A stretch of DNA of 62,878 nucleotides, counting the filler. It is 6 parts of 6 records of this genome, joined end to end, with 100 filler letters (N's around TTAATTAATTAA, not from the genome) between each part and the next. Parts side by side here need not be neighbours in the genome. Positions count along the whole stretch, not along the records: positions 1 to 25,190 come from SRR31156797_18344; 5 more parts are not named here. One strand, given 5' to 3'. Each line of letters opens with the position of its first letter. Position 1 is the stretch's first letter. Below are positions 10,483 through 21,087 of the stretch, piece after piece. A program made the translations under genes and the position numbers. The notes beneath the pieces are model-generated. The model was not told the DNA's origin. It ran no database searches and saw only the letters and a list, made by a program, of their open reading frames with translations.

Positions 10483-11382
10483 TTAGCCGAGACGATACCA
10501 TATACCGTTTATAACAGACCAAACCAGTACGGCCGCTGTACAGACAATGCAGATCATGCTAAGTGTCCTGTGGGCGCCATTTTCTTTTCTTTGTTCTTTA
10601 TAGCCGAGCAAATAAGCTGCAAGCACACCCATCAGCATTCCACCGACATGGCCGGAATTGTTGATTCCCGGAACTAGGAAGCCAAAAATAATAATTCCTA
10701 CAGCCCAGCCACCGATCTGGGTGTAGATGGCCTGGCCATAAGTGCCGCCTCGGCTTTTTCCATAATACAGGGCCGCACCTATTAATCCGCAAACGGCTGC
10801 TGAGGCACCGATGGTAAATTGCACCCCAAACAGAGCAGAGAGAAGGTAGCCGCCAATCCCACTGACCGTATAGATGATGAGCATTCTGCTTTTCCCATAT
10901 TCCTGAATGATCAATGGGCCTAGCTGGTTTAATGCTATCATGTTGAAGATGATGTGGAGCAGGCTGCCGTGGAGAAAACTGGCTGAAATAAGCGACCACC
11001 AACGGTGGTAGTGAAAGAGCGGTACGGTCCCGGTGGAGCCAAGCACCAACAGGCTGTTGTTAGTTGGGGAAAGAAAGGAGAAAGGGCTGCTGGAAAACAT
11101 CGAAGGCCGCAGGTCTATAATAAGGGAGAGAACAAATAAAGCAATATTTGCGATGATAATGACCTTTAATATACCAGTATGGTCCACAGAATTGCGGGTG
11201 AATATATTATCCTTCCACAGGGAACCTGGTTTTTTTAAACAACAGTGCGGGCATACGGGTGCAGAACGGCTGATTAATTTACGGCAATTGGGACAGAGCA
11301 GGGAGTTGTTTTTTTTGGTTGGGTGCATGGATAATCCGGAATGTATCGGTTGAAAGGACGGTTTTTTGTTTTTGTTACGCAA
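10483..11382 (-). CDS. Rhomboid intramembrane serine protease with N-terminal Zn-ribbon
   Basis: CPNC..CPHC; HGSLLHIIFN, GASAA, GHVGG; start may be ATG 11328. Confidence 0.9.
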   Translation of the reverse strand: MRNKNKKPSFQPIHSGLSMHPTKKNNSLLCPNCRKLISRSAPVCPHCCLKKPGSLWKDNIFTRNSVDHTGILKVIIIANIALFVLSLIIDLRPSMFSSSPFSFLSPTNNSLLVLGSTGTVPLFHYHRWWSLISASFLHGSLLHIIFNMIALNQLGPLIIQEYGKSRMLIIYTVSGIGGYLLSALFGVQFTIGASAAVCGLIGAALYYGKSRGGTYGQAIYTQIGGWAVGIIIFGFLVPGINNSGHVGGMLMGVLAAYLLGYKEQRKENGAHRTLSMICIVCTAAVLVWSVINGIWYRLG

Positions 11383-11420
11383 TTTTTGAAAGAGGTCACT
11401 ATTAAATATACAGAACGTTC

Positions 11421-11909
11421 TTACTCCTTTCTGTTGTTATTTCCCACCTCCAAAGCGGTTACTTCCAGAATTTTTCCCTGGTTATCAATGCTCACGGTGA
11501 GGACTTTTTCCTTTCTATATTGTTTCACCGCTTCTTCACTGCAACCATAAGCCCGAACCTCCTTATGAAGTCGCAGGGGAGGGGTTATACGGTTTTCGTA
11601 TTTACGGGTGCGCATGAGCAGCAAAACATTGTGAATGGTCCAGGCCGCAATAAAAAGGAGTACTGTGGAGCTGAATAACAAACTGATCTTCAGCGGTTCT
11701 AAAAAGAGGAGCCAGTCCAAGTCGTTGAGCGGATCGTTGTCTAGTTCATAGAACAGGCCAAGTGCCACTTGCTGCAGAAAGTCCCAGGCAAGAAAGAGGG
11801 CAAAGCCCCAGGCAAGGAGAGTGATAAGGAGGTCACGAGCAATAATGATCCGTGGCAGAGGTGCACTTGAATGCAGGTGGTAGTTCTTGTTTCGACTGAC
11901 TCGGTTCAT
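11421..11909 (-). CDS. pgaD: PNAG biosynthesis protein PgaD
   Basis: Two TM helices, position after pgaC with ATGA overlap. Confidence 0.75.
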   Translation of the reverse strand: MNRVSRNKNYHLHSSAPLPRIIIARDLLITLLAWGFALFLAWDFLQQVALGLFYELDNDPLNDLDWLLFLEPLKISLLFSSTVLLFIAAWTIHNVLLLMRTRKYENRITPPLRLHKEVRAYGCSEEAVKQYRKEKVLTVSIDNQGKILEVTALEVGNNNRKE

Positions 11910-13171
11910 CGTATCCCCCTGTCAGGGCTGACCCAGGTGGCGAGCTGTTTTTTGTCTGTAAACAAAGCTTTGTACATCCCAAGCACCGAGGTGGCCGCCA
12001 TGATTATCCAGTAGGCCAAGGGGTACCAGATCATCCAGAAATAGTATTGGAACATCCTGGGTTCATAGCGTCTTTCCAGAGACATGGAGACTACGGACTG
12101 GAGAAGGAAGGTCATCCCTAGCAGTACTGTCCAATAGGAAGGGACCAGCCCCTGCACTCCGGTTTCTACTTTGTAGCCTACGATAAGCTCAAATCCAGCC
12201 AGGGTAAGGGTAATCAGAACACAATGGGCCCAGATAATGCTAAGCATATAATCCATGAGGATGGGGAGCATTTTACGGCCGTTTTTCCTCAAGAGGGAAG
12301 GGCCGTATTTAAGAGCGGTCTCTGCTCCACCTTGGGCCCAACGAAGCCGCTGTTTCCAAAGGCCTTTTAAGGTCTCAGGCATCAGTATCCAACAGACTGC
12401 AGTAGGCTCGTATAGTACATACCACCCGGAGCGTTGCAGCTTCCAGGTGATATCGATATCATCGGTAATCATCTGCGGGCTCCAGTACCCCACATCGTGG
12501 AGGGCTGTTTTACGGAAGGCACCAATTACCCCGGCCATGGTAAAAATTTTCCCGTAATTCATCTGGGTGCGCTTGATTAGGCCGATGATGGTGCTGAACT
12601 CGCCTACCTGCAGCTTACCCAACAAGGTCCGTCTATTACGAATCCTGGGGTTGCCAGTGACTCCGCCAACCTGAGGCCGCATTTGTAATCGATGGACCAG
12701 CCAGGCCACGGCGTTGGGCTCGAGCAGGGCGTCGCCATCAATGCAGACCACAAACTTACCTTGGGCCATAAGTGTCCCGGTTTTTAAGGCCAGTGCCTTG
12801 CCCTTGTTCTGGGCAAGATGGACGACTCGTAAAAAGGGATAGGTGGTTGCAAGTACATTTAACCTCTCTGCAGTGGTGTCGGTGCTGCCATCGTTAATGG
12901 CAATGGCCTCCCAATCACCAGGGTAGTTGATCTGCTGCAGGGCTGCTATGGTCTCTTCGAGCTGCGCTTCCTCGTTATGGCAGGGGATCAGGATAGAGAC
13001 CATGGGCGCATCTGTGAGTTCGGGAAGGACATCAGGGCCAGGTCTTCTCCGTTCTCTGATCAAGTAAAACAGGAGACCACCGATCATCCATATCCACGAC
13101 ATGGCAAAGGGATAGACAAAGATTACCTCTTGGATATAACGAAAGGTGGTTTGCAGGTTGGTTATGATCAT
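11906..13171 (-). CDS. pgaC: Poly-beta-1,6-GlcNAc synthase
   Basis: GT2: PCHNEE, NDGSTD, IDGDA, TDDIDITW, QRLRWAQGG, WVSPDRG. Confidence 0.95.
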   Translation of the reverse strand: MIITNLQTTFRYIQEVIFVYPFAMSWIWMIGGLLFYLIRERRRPGPDVLPELTDAPMVSILIPCHNEEAQLEETIAALQQINYPGDWEAIAINDGSTDTTAERLNVLATTYPFLRVVHLAQNKGKALALKTGTLMAQGKFVVCIDGDALLEPNAVAWLVHRLQMRPQVGGVTGNPRIRNRRTLLGKLQVGEFSTIIGLIKRTQMNYGKIFTMAGVIGAFRKTALHDVGYWSPQMITDDIDITWKLQRSGWYVLYEPTAVCWILMPETLKGLWKQRLRWAQGGAETALKYGPSLLRKNGRKMLPILMDYMLSIIWAHCVLITLTLAGFELIVGYKVETGVQGLVPSYWTVLLGMTFLLQSVVSMSLERRYEPRMFQYYFWMIWYPLAYWIIMAATSVLGMYKALFTDKKQLATWVSPDRGIR

Positions 13172-14961
13172 TTGTGTACAAAGGGAAAGGTTCGGGTGGA
13201 GATCAGTGGCTTAATGGAGATCAGGTCTGGTTGGTTTGTTAGAAATTGGTCGGCTGTATATCCATAATCCACGATCCCAAGTTGTTGAAGGGCCAGGAGT
13301 TCCTCCTCCAGGCTCCTTTTGGGCTTTGATGGATGAAAGTCGATTCTAACCGGACAATAGGCGCGGAGTGTTTTTGTATCATTTTGATTGTACCATTTTA
13401 CAAGTTTGGGGTCGTCTGCGGAATGGCCTGAGAGATCGATCATCAGATAGTCAAAATAAGAGAGTAGTTGTTGGAGGTGTTCTGGCGGGGTGGCAGAAAC
13501 GAGATCCAAGGGCACCAGGAGGCCTGTATCCAAAAAGGGCTGCCAGCTTTGTAGTGCTTCCAGGCCTGTGAGTGTTCTACTGATGGTTGCATTGGTGGTG
13601 GTCTGGAGCAGTGCTTTTCGATTTTTTCGAGTGGTTGCGGGATTCCAGATCGGTGGAGGTAGCAGCTCTGGCACCTGGAGCTGCAGGTGCGCTAGCAAGG
13701 CGTTGAGCAGTTCGCTGTTTTCAAGAAGCATCCCGCTGCAGGGAGCTGACTTACCCAAGTTATCGAAAAAATCTTTGTAATCCGACAGGGGGAGGCTCTT
13801 GAAAAGTGCGGTAGTCAGGCGAAGGTGGGTTTCTGTGGCTGCGCGGGCGTTGGTATGCCAGATGAGGCGGTTGAGCCTATCCTGCAGCACAGGGAATGTT
13901 TGGTTACGAAAGAGGGTTTGGAGTGTCCCCTGGCCTTGTACCACTGGTTCAAGGTATACTCGGCCTGGTTCCAAGGATTTGGTTCGATCAAGGAAACTGG
14001 CAAAGTTCTTTTCATTTGTAGGGTCGTCTTCAACAAGTTGAACAGTATTTACCTGGATAAAACGGCGAAGGGGAGGACGACTGGGTTGGAGTAGGGACTC
14101 CTTAAAGGCGCCGGTGTCTGGATTCAGGGTGGGATAGATCCGGGGGATAGCACCGAGTTGGTCGGTGAAGGCTTCCGCAGGGTCCAGGGTAAGGGTAATC
14201 GGCATTCCTGCTTTGGCTGAGGCTCGTTGAGCAAGTTTGTTGTAGCGGCCATAGGGCCAGACCATCACCCGGGGAGATCGGCCAATTTGTTTTTCGACCA
14301 GTTGATTGTTGGCAGCCAAATCATTATAAATCCGTTCAAACATTTGATTGTCGGATTCATATTGTTGTTGCTTGGGATCGTAGACGTGGGTGATAACTGC
14401 TGGGAGTTTATCTCCTGCCTGGTCAGCTAGGAGGCCGTTGTGGAGGTGCATAGAGTGAGAGGCGATTTCCACCAAGTTGGACTTGGCCAAAGTACGTAGC
14501 TGGTCCCATGTGAGGAATTTATCTCGTGGAGCTAGTTCATTCCCGTAATGGACCATTTGGTCTTCTTCTGTATTGAGCCAGTTACCCACCAAAGCGAGAA
14601 CTGCCGGGAAATTATAGGCCTTCAGCAAGGGGAAAACATGGGTGTAGAAGCTCTCGTAGCCATCATCCCAGCAAAGGAGGACTGCTTTTTCCGGGAGCTT
14701 GGCGGTTCCTTTTCGGATTTGAACGAGCTGGTTGATACTTATTGGATGATAGTTGTTGGCAAGGAGCCACTCAAAATGGTTAATCAGGGCGTCCAGAGTG
14801 ACAGCGTCGCTGGTAAGTTGGTCTCGGGTGTCCACCACGTCATGATAGGCCAAGGCGTAAAAGCCTGAAGCCCCTGCTCGACAGGGGATCGGAGTGAACA
14901 GGCTGGTGACCAGGAAGAGGAACACGATTGCCAGACAGGCTGAAAGTTTAGAATTTCGCAT
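13168..14961 (-). CDS. pgaB: PNAG N-deacetylase (CE4 + divergent C-terminal domain)
   Basis: AYHDV, WDDGY, ASHSMHLH, VWPYG; operon position. Confidence 0.9.
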   Translation of the reverse strand: MRNSKLSACLAIVFLFLVTSLFTPIPCRAGASGFYALAYHDVVDTRDQLTSDAVTLDALINHFEWLLANNYHPISINQLVQIRKGTAKLPEKAVLLCWDDGYESFYTHVFPLLKAYNFPAVLALVGNWLNTEEDQMVHYGNELAPRDKFLTWDQLRTLAKSNLVEIASHSMHLHNGLLADQAGDKLPAVITHVYDPKQQQYESDNQMFERIYNDLAANNQLVEKQIGRSPRVMVWPYGRYNKLAQRASAKAGMPITLTLDPAEAFTDQLGAIPRIYPTLNPDTGAFKESLLQPSRPPLRRFIQVNTVQLVEDDPTNEKNFASFLDRTKSLEPGRVYLEPVVQGQGTLQTLFRNQTFPVLQDRLNRLIWHTNARAATETHLRLTTALFKSLPLSDYKDFFDNLGKSAPCSGMLLENSELLNALLAHLQLQVPELLPPPIWNPATTRKNRKALLQTTTNATISRTLTGLEALQSWQPFLDTGLLVPLDLVSATPPEHLQQLLSYFDYLMIDLSGHSADDPKLVKWYNQNDTKTLRAYCPVRIDFHPSKPKRSLEEELLALQQLGIVDYGYTADQFLTNQPDLISIKPLISTRTFPFVHK

Positions 14962-17413
14962 GGATCATACAGTTGAATTTGTGATAGGGCTCATTGACCC
15001 CGTCGTAGCGGTTGCTGCCAATCTCTCCACCTGCTGACACTTCAAGTATGGGGGCAAAGCTGTAGTGAAGTTCATAGCGAAGGTAGCCGGTTAGGCCAGC
15101 GTCAAAGTTTTTGTCTTCATAGAGTCCGGCACCTCCAGAGATTTGATGCCGCAGTACATGATCATAGGAACGCCAAATGATCTGTTGGCCCAGGAGTGAG
15201 CCATTCAAGCTCAGATCTGCTTCTGGGTTGTAATAAGGGGCATCATCACGGCTGTTGGTGGAACCAGAGAGCCCAACCAGGGCGTCCAGGTCAAATCTGG
15301 GGATATCAACCAGCCGATGGAGATATGTCGCACCAGCTTCAACGCGGTGGTTATCGTCGCTGAACCAGCCGGAGCTCAAGTTGATCGAGGCAGATTGGCT
15401 TTCGTTCCAGCGATAGGTTGCCGCGCCATTGACCCTATCCTGGCGGATACCATAGAAAAGCGCTCTAAGTGGGGTCTCCTGGGAGAATCTTTCCCCTTGT
15501 AGCAGCAGTCGCCAGTGGTCGTCAGGTGTCCAGGTACCCCGCAACAGGCCGCCAATTTCTTCAACGGTAGAGACGTTGTAGGTGACCAGGGCCAGCAGGG
15601 AGAATGGTTGGTTCACCAGTTCAAGTCCTCCACCATAACGAAAGAGTTCCTCGTCTCCTTCTGGGATTTCGCTCCAGTCATAGCGGGTCTGCATGCTGAG
15701 AAAGAGAAAGTTGTATATTGGGGCTGAAATCAGTTCACCGGTAGCGCTGATTCCGTCACCCGATTGTTCAGGGCCTTCAGAGTAGGAGAATTCCACGTCA
15801 GCCCAGATATTTGGCCTTTTTGCCCAGTAAAGATCGTCTTTCAGCTGGGCAGTGGAATGGGCGGATGGGTACTTATTCTGCAGGGTTTTGCCAATGGACT
15901 CCGCAGCAGTATAATCCTGGGTATTTAATTTGTTTTGTGCCATGCCGGCTAGAGCATCATTATTTTCAGGGTTGAGCAGATAGGCCTGTTGGTAAAGCTG
16001 GTAGGCTGTACGCGGCCACTCTCGAGCAAGGGCAGTTTCTGCTTTAACCTGGAGCAGCCAGTCATTTGTGGGAGCGGTGTCAGTAAGGGTGGTGATTCGC
16101 TGCCAGGCTTCGGCAAGTTGGTCGGCGTAAAGTCTTCCCTGACCAGCCAGTATGACCAGATCGAGATACTCATCGTTGGGGATAGGTTCAGGGCGGTCCT
16201 GCATTCTTCTAAATTGTGGGGTCGTGGTGATTTCGTTGTCCACCAGGTTAAAGGCTTTGGCAAACTCTTCGTTTTCTATGTAGGCGTAGAAAAGGGTCTG
16301 TTTCGCCTTATAGTCGGCTGGATTTTTGGCGAGGATTTCTTCAAGCAGGAATTTTGCTGCTAGAGGTTGGCGTAGGGCCAGGAGAGCTTCAGCAGCAGCG
16401 CGGGTTACATATAATGGTAATGGAACTTCGGCTTTTGCCAAGAGGTGCTGGTAGAGTGCGTAGCTGCGGCTATACAGGTGGAGGAGGTTCAGGGAGACCA
16501 CCATGTCATAGCTGATTTCCCGTTGTAACAGAGTAGAGTCTGGAGAAGCTGCCAGGGTAGAAATGGCCTGAAATTGTTGCAGCAGGGCTTTGGTAGCGTA
16601 GTTCAGGGCCTCCACTCTGGTTTTGGAGCCATGGTCGGCCCACCTGAGCAAAAGAGCTGCCTTGGTTTGAAGAATCTGGGCTAATTCATGGGGGGTAAAA
16701 TGTTGCTGTTGTCCTGCCATCTGTTCTGCAGCTGCAAAGGGGGCATGAAGGTGGACAAGAGCATTCACCTGCCCATGTAAGCCCTCGTTGTCGTCTGGTT
16801 GGCTGCCAAGGAGGTCTTGATAGTTTTGGAGAGCCTCTATCCAATTATGTTGACTGGTAGAGAGGTAACCCTGCACGCGGAACAGATCAGGGGTGGTGAT
16901 TCCTTGCTCAACCAGGTTTTGCAGGAGCAGTCTGGCCTGGAAGTAATCTCCAGTGTCTATAAGGAGCTGGCTTTTTTTCAAGAGCAGGGCAGGAGCGTCT
17001 GGCCTTTTGGAGAGCAGTGCATTTATAATATCCAAGGCTGGTTTACTTTGGCCTAGTTCCCGGTAACTGGCAATGAGTGCTGTGAGGACGTAGTCTGGAT
17101 AGGAGACGGTTGGCCGCTGTTGGTAGAGGCGAGTTGCCTTGTCATTTTCGCCGTTCCATCCGTAAAGGACGATCAAGTCGCTCCGAAGGTCGATGTTTTC
17201 AGGCTGTTGCTTGAGGTATTGCTCCAGGCGCGTTACGCCTTCTTCAATATCACCGGATCGTGCCTGAATGACAGCAGATTCCCTGAGTTGGTCTATATTT
17301 TCAGCTGCATAGAATAGATGGGGCTGGAGGGTGAGTAAGAGTGCCAGGGTTGTTAATAAAAAGCGACTGGACAAGAGAAACGGCGGTATGAAAGGGAGTG
17401 GACAGATTGCCAT
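14948..17413 (-). CDS. pgaA: PNAG export porin (TPR + beta-barrel)
   Basis: Signal peptide, TPR region, TPLRA, APYYNP, YDG, C-terminal F. Confidence 0.9.
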   Translation of the reverse strand: MAICPLPFIPPFLLSSRFLLTTLALLLTLQPHLFYAAENIDQLRESAVIQARSGDIEEGVTRLEQYLKQQPENIDLRSDLIVLYGWNGENDKATRLYQQRPTVSYPDYVLTALIASYRELGQSKPALDIINALLSKRPDAPALLLKKSQLLIDTGDYFQARLLLQNLVEQGITTPDLFRVQGYLSTSQHNWIEALQNYQDLLGSQPDDNEGLHGQVNALVHLHAPFAAAEQMAGQQQHFTPHELAQILQTKAALLLRWADHGSKTRVEALNYATKALLQQFQAISTLAASPDSTLLQREISYDMVVSLNLLHLYSRSYALYQHLLAKAEVPLPLYVTRAAAEALLALRQPLAAKFLLEEILAKNPADYKAKQTLFYAYIENEEFAKAFNLVDNEITTTPQFRRMQDRPEPIPNDEYLDLVILAGQGRLYADQLAEAWQRITTLTDTAPTNDWLLQVKAETALAREWPRTAYQLYQQAYLLNPENNDALAGMAQNKLNTQDYTAAESIGKTLQNKYPSAHSTAQLKDDLYWAKRPNIWADVEFSYSEGPEQSGDGISATGELISAPIYNFLFLSMQTRYDWSEIPEGDEELFRYGGGLELVNQPFSLLALVTYNVSTVEEIGGLLRGTWTPDDHWRLLLQGERFSQETPLRALFYGIRQDRVNGAATYRWNESQSASINLSSGWFSDDNHRVEAGATYLHRLVDIPRFDLDALVGLSGSTNSRDDAPYYNPEADLSLNGSLLGQQIIWRSYDHVLRHQISGGAGLYEDKNFDAGLTGYLRYELHYSFAPILEVSAGGEIGSNRYDGVNEPYHKFNCMIHAKF

Positions 17414-17657
17414 GTTTTGGGTCGGTAGTGTGTTCTATTAACTGAAAGAGAGGGGAGCAGTGTCATCATGCTATCCGAGCGGAAAACAATGCATTGCCAA
17501 TGAATGTTGCTGGCCTTTGCCTACTCTGGAAATACGTTCTATCTATTGTGCGGTTTTAAAAAGTATAACGCAAAGATTTTGTAGTTATTTTTAGAAGGTA
17601 CTTGCGAAGTAAGGTTGTGATCAAAAAGTGGACACGCAGTGAAGAGGGTGTAAGTTG

Positions 17658-18014
17658 CTATTCTTGCCTTGCATCAAGTTCTGCTATGCTAATATGATTG
17701 CACAATACATGACTTGCCAAATTAACACCTATTCCCGCCAGTATGAGAGGGATGATATAGAGTGCTATTGATATCTCGGAAACAAATAATTTATCATCTA
17801 AGATAGATGGGGTTGCTTTAGCCTTGGCACAGAGTAAACGAAGGAAAATAACATTTACACCAGCAATTAAAACAAGGAGGAGGCCTATTGTAATTATGAT
17901 AAATCGTGACAGTGAACGTTTCCAGGTCATCCAGGCAAAGATGCACATGGGAAGTATTACCGAACAAGCCAACACTCCCCAAAATTCAATTTGTAAATAG
18001 AACGGGTTGTTCAT
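17658..18014 (-). CDS. Hypothetical membrane protein
   Basis: 118 aa, three hydrophobic segments. Confidence 0.6.
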   Translation of the reverse strand: MNNPFYLQIEFWGVLACSVILPMCIFAWMTWKRSLSRFIIITIGLLLVLIAGVNVIFLRLLCAKAKATPSILDDKLFVSEISIALYIIPLILAGIGVNLASHVLCNHISIAELDARQE

Positions 18015-18159
18015 AGATTATTCCAATGTTTGCTAGAGTTGGTAAGTTGTTCGTTGTTTAATTACGTGTTTTCAGCACTATTCTTTATTGCCTAAAAAAT
18101 GATAGTATCTTCCATTTTTCCTGGATTTTAAAAGCGGGTATAAAATGATAACGGTGAGG

Positions 18160-18450
18160 TTATAGTTTAGATTTAAGTTCCAGGTAGTTGTTTAGGCGTT
18201 CTTTGTCGGTCTTGTCGGTCGGTGGGGTCTGTTCTGGTTCAGGCATAAGTTCAAATCGTGGTACTTGTTTACCATCAATTTCAACAAGTTCAGTGAACAT
18301 CTCTTTGGGCCGCACCCAGATGCTGTAATCACCGTACAAGCATTGGTAAACAACGAGCTTCTCTTCGGTTTCAGAGTGAGTCGCTTCACCAATAACTCTA
18401 TAGTTCTTGTTTTTGTAATGCTTATAGATACCGGGTTTTATAGTGCTCAT
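18160..18450 (-). CDS. DUF1653 domain protein
   Basis: [29 protein letters not shown]. Confidence 0.9.
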   Translation of the reverse strand: MSTIKPGIYKHYKNKNYRVIGEATHSETEEKLVVYQCLYGDYSIWVRPKEMFTELVEIDGKQVPRFELMPEPEQTPPTDKTDKERLNNYLELKSKL

Positions 18451-18843
18451 AGATGTATTGAATACCTAATGTTGGAATGTAGCGTGAGTAGAACTTTGTC
18501 GGCTTCCGCAAGTATGTGATGTCAGCTGTCTGGCATTAAATTGTGATAACAATAACACTGCGGAGATGTTTTTGGGAAGTGCCAGCCGTTACTTTTATGC
18601 AGTTAACCAGAGTAGGAGAAATCAAGCTCTTCCAATTGTTAATGATAGCAGGCCAATATCTCATAACTACTTTGAAAATAGTCAGGTTGCTCGGAGAATC
18701 TTCCTCCGCGATAGTAACTAGCCAATGCGCTTGTCATTTCTGGCTGGGAACTACTTTCTTCGAGGAAGGCTTTTTTTTTATCCAGAAATAGTTATCCTAT
18801 GTTCATCGTTTATTTTGAAAAAATATTAAAGAAAGGAAACCAG

Positions 18844-19098
18844 ATGACGAAAATAGAAATTTATTCCAGTGCACGCTGCCCTTATTGTGTCAAGGCTAAG
18901 GCTCTGCTAGAAAGTAAGGGCGTACGCTATGAGGAAATTGATGTTACCAATGATGATGATGCGCGACGTCGGCTTGTGGAAAAGGCCAACGGTTTGAGGA
19001 CTGTTCCTCAGATTTTTATCAATGACACTCACATTGGCGGTTGTGATGATCTCTATGCTCTTGATAAGAAGGGTGAACTGGAGACACTGCTGCGCTGA
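18844..19098 (+). CDS. grxC: Glutaredoxin 3
   Basis: CPYC, TVPQIFI, GGCDDL; AAGGA RBS. Confidence 0.92.
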   Translation: MTKIEIYSSARCPYCVKAKALLESKGVRYEEIDVTNDDDARRRLVEKANGLRTVPQIFINDTHIGGCDDLYALDKKGELETLLR

Positions 19099-19357
19099 AT
19101 GTTGACATGGCTATGTTTGGACGGTTGCGTGCCAGCTGGGCTGTAATCTTATGTGAAAATGCAACCGCCTCTTGTTACCGTATCCGGCCAATATTGAAAT
19201 GATAGCTGTCGATCCCGGGTAACAGGAGCATGAGTGGTTGCTTGAGGACACGCCTGCTCTGGAAACTTTTTTAGAATCCCTATCAAAAAACGAACTATCC
19301 CTCAGATATTAAAACATTATATCCCTTTAGACAGGCACTACCCAAGGAGTAGAGTGA

Positions 19358-21007
19358 ATGACAGACAATTTGATTCAGCGTACCCCATCAGCCTACGATT
19401 ATCCGTTATTGATTAAAAATCTTTATCTTGCCCCGGTTGTAGAAAATCCTGACCAGGAAATTGTTTATAAAGATCTATACCGTTTCAGCTATGATCAATT
19501 TCGTGAGCGTGTCTGTAGGTTGGCAAATGCTTTGACTGAACTTGGTGTGAAACCTGGGGATACAGTTGCTGTGATGGATTGGGACAGTCATCGTTATCTG
19601 GAATGTTATTATGCCGTGCCTATGCTGGGTGCTGTTCTCCATATGATAAATATCCGTTTTTCTTCTGAGCAGATTCTCTACACCATTGACCATGCAGAAG
19701 ATGATTACATTTTGGTTAATGGCGAATTTTTGCCCATTCTTGAGCAGATTAAAGGTCGTCTTGATACGGTTCAAAAGTATGTCCTTTTAAAGGATGAGGA
19801 GCCTGCTCCTGATACTTCTCTGCATTTTGCGGGTGAATATGAGAACCTGCTGCAAAAGTCCTCTGATACTTTTGAGTTTGAAGACTTTGATGAAAACACC
19901 AGAGCCACCACTTTTTACACGACCGGTACCACTGGTTTGCCGAAAGGGGTGTATTTCAGTCATCGGCAACTTGTTCTTCATACCCTGAGTACCATTGCAT
20001 CCCTTGCCACATCTCCAGAGCAAGGGAGGTTTCACCAAAGTGATGTCTATATGCCCATCACACCTATGTTCCATGTCCATGCCTGGGGATTGCCTTTTGT
20101 TGCAACCGCTCTTGGGGTGAAACAGGTATACCCGGGGAAATATATTCCAAACACTTTACTCCAGCTTATTATAAATGAAGGGGTTACATTTTCCCATTGT
20201 GTACCAACGATTTTGAGCATGCTCATTGCAAGCCCTGAATTTGAAAAGTTGGATCTCTCTCAATGGAAAATATTGATAGGTGGTTCTTCATTGCCGAAAA
20301 AGATGTGTCAATTGGCAAGAAGTAAAGGGATCGATATCTTCACCGGCTATGGTATGTCGGAGACCTGCCCGATCTTAACCATTGCTCACGTAGGGGATGC
20401 CGAACTCACCGATGATGAAGATATAGAGATTCGTTGTAAAACAGGCCGTCCCCTTCCTTTGGTGCAAATGCGAGTTGTCGATGAAAAAATGAATGATGTG
20501 GCGAGCGACAGCGTAAGTGTTGGCGAGATTGTTGTCCGGGCACCTTGGCTTACTCAAGGGTACTGGAAAGACAGTAGGAATTCTGAAACATTATGGAAGC
20601 ACGGGCATCTCCACACAGGTGATGTTGCTCATATCAATGAAAAAAGGTATGTCAAGATCACTGATCGAACAAAGGATGTGATTAAGATTGGTGGTGAATG
20701 GTTGTCCTCACTTGAGTTGGAGGATGTTATTAATCTTCATCCCCTGGTTGATGACGTCGCTGTCATTGGAAACCCTCACGAGAAGTGGGGAGAAAAACCG
20801 CTTGCCCTCATCGTGGTAAAAGAGGGTGAGGAGGTACCAAAACCAAGAGACATTATACGGCATGTAAAAACGTATATTGACAAGGGGATGTTGAGTAAAG
20901 TCGCTCTCCTTATGAAAGTGCAGTATGTGGAGGCAATTGACAAAACCAGTGTCGGTAAGATTAATAAAAAGATGTTGAGGAAAAAGTTTGCGGCTAATTT
21001 GTCGTGA
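19358..21007 (+). CDS. Fatty acid--CoA ligase (AlkK/DmdB-like)
   Basis: YTTGTTGLPKG, PMFHVHAWG, GYGMSET, HTGD, SVGK. Confidence 0.92.
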   Translation: MTDNLIQRTPSAYDYPLLIKNLYLAPVVENPDQEIVYKDLYRFSYDQFRERVCRLANALTELGVKPGDTVAVMDWDSHRYLECYYAVPMLGAVLHMINIRFSSEQILYTIDHAEDDYILVNGEFLPILEQIKGRLDTVQKYVLLKDEEPAPDTSLHFAGEYENLLQKSSDTFEFEDFDENTRATTFYTTGTTGLPKGVYFSHRQLVLHTLSTIASLATSPEQGRFHQSDVYMPITPMFHVHAWGLPFVATALGVKQVYPGKYIPNTLLQLIINEGVTFSHCVPTILSMLIASPEFEKLDLSQWKILIGGSSLPKKMCQLARSKGIDIFTGYGMSETCPILTIAHVGDAELTDDEDIEIRCKTGRPLPLVQMRVVDEKMNDVASDSVSVGEIVVRAPWLTQGYWKDSRNSETLWKHGHLHTGDVAHINEKRYVKITDRTKDVIKIGGEWLSSLELEDVINLHPLVDDVAVIGNPHEKWGEKPLALIVVKEGEEVPKPRDIIRHVKTYIDKGMLSKVALLMKVQYVEAIDKTSVGKINKKMLRKKFAANLS

Positions 21008-21087
21008 TAAGAGGTGTTGGAAGTACTTGTTTGTTTGGGTGATTGGTCCGTGAGCTACCTTTAAGGGGATGGGTGAACTCATTAATT

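Noticed and set aside
18451-18843. Intergenic ORF 18543-18791 or ncRNA
   Set aside because: No RBS, motif or convincing structure
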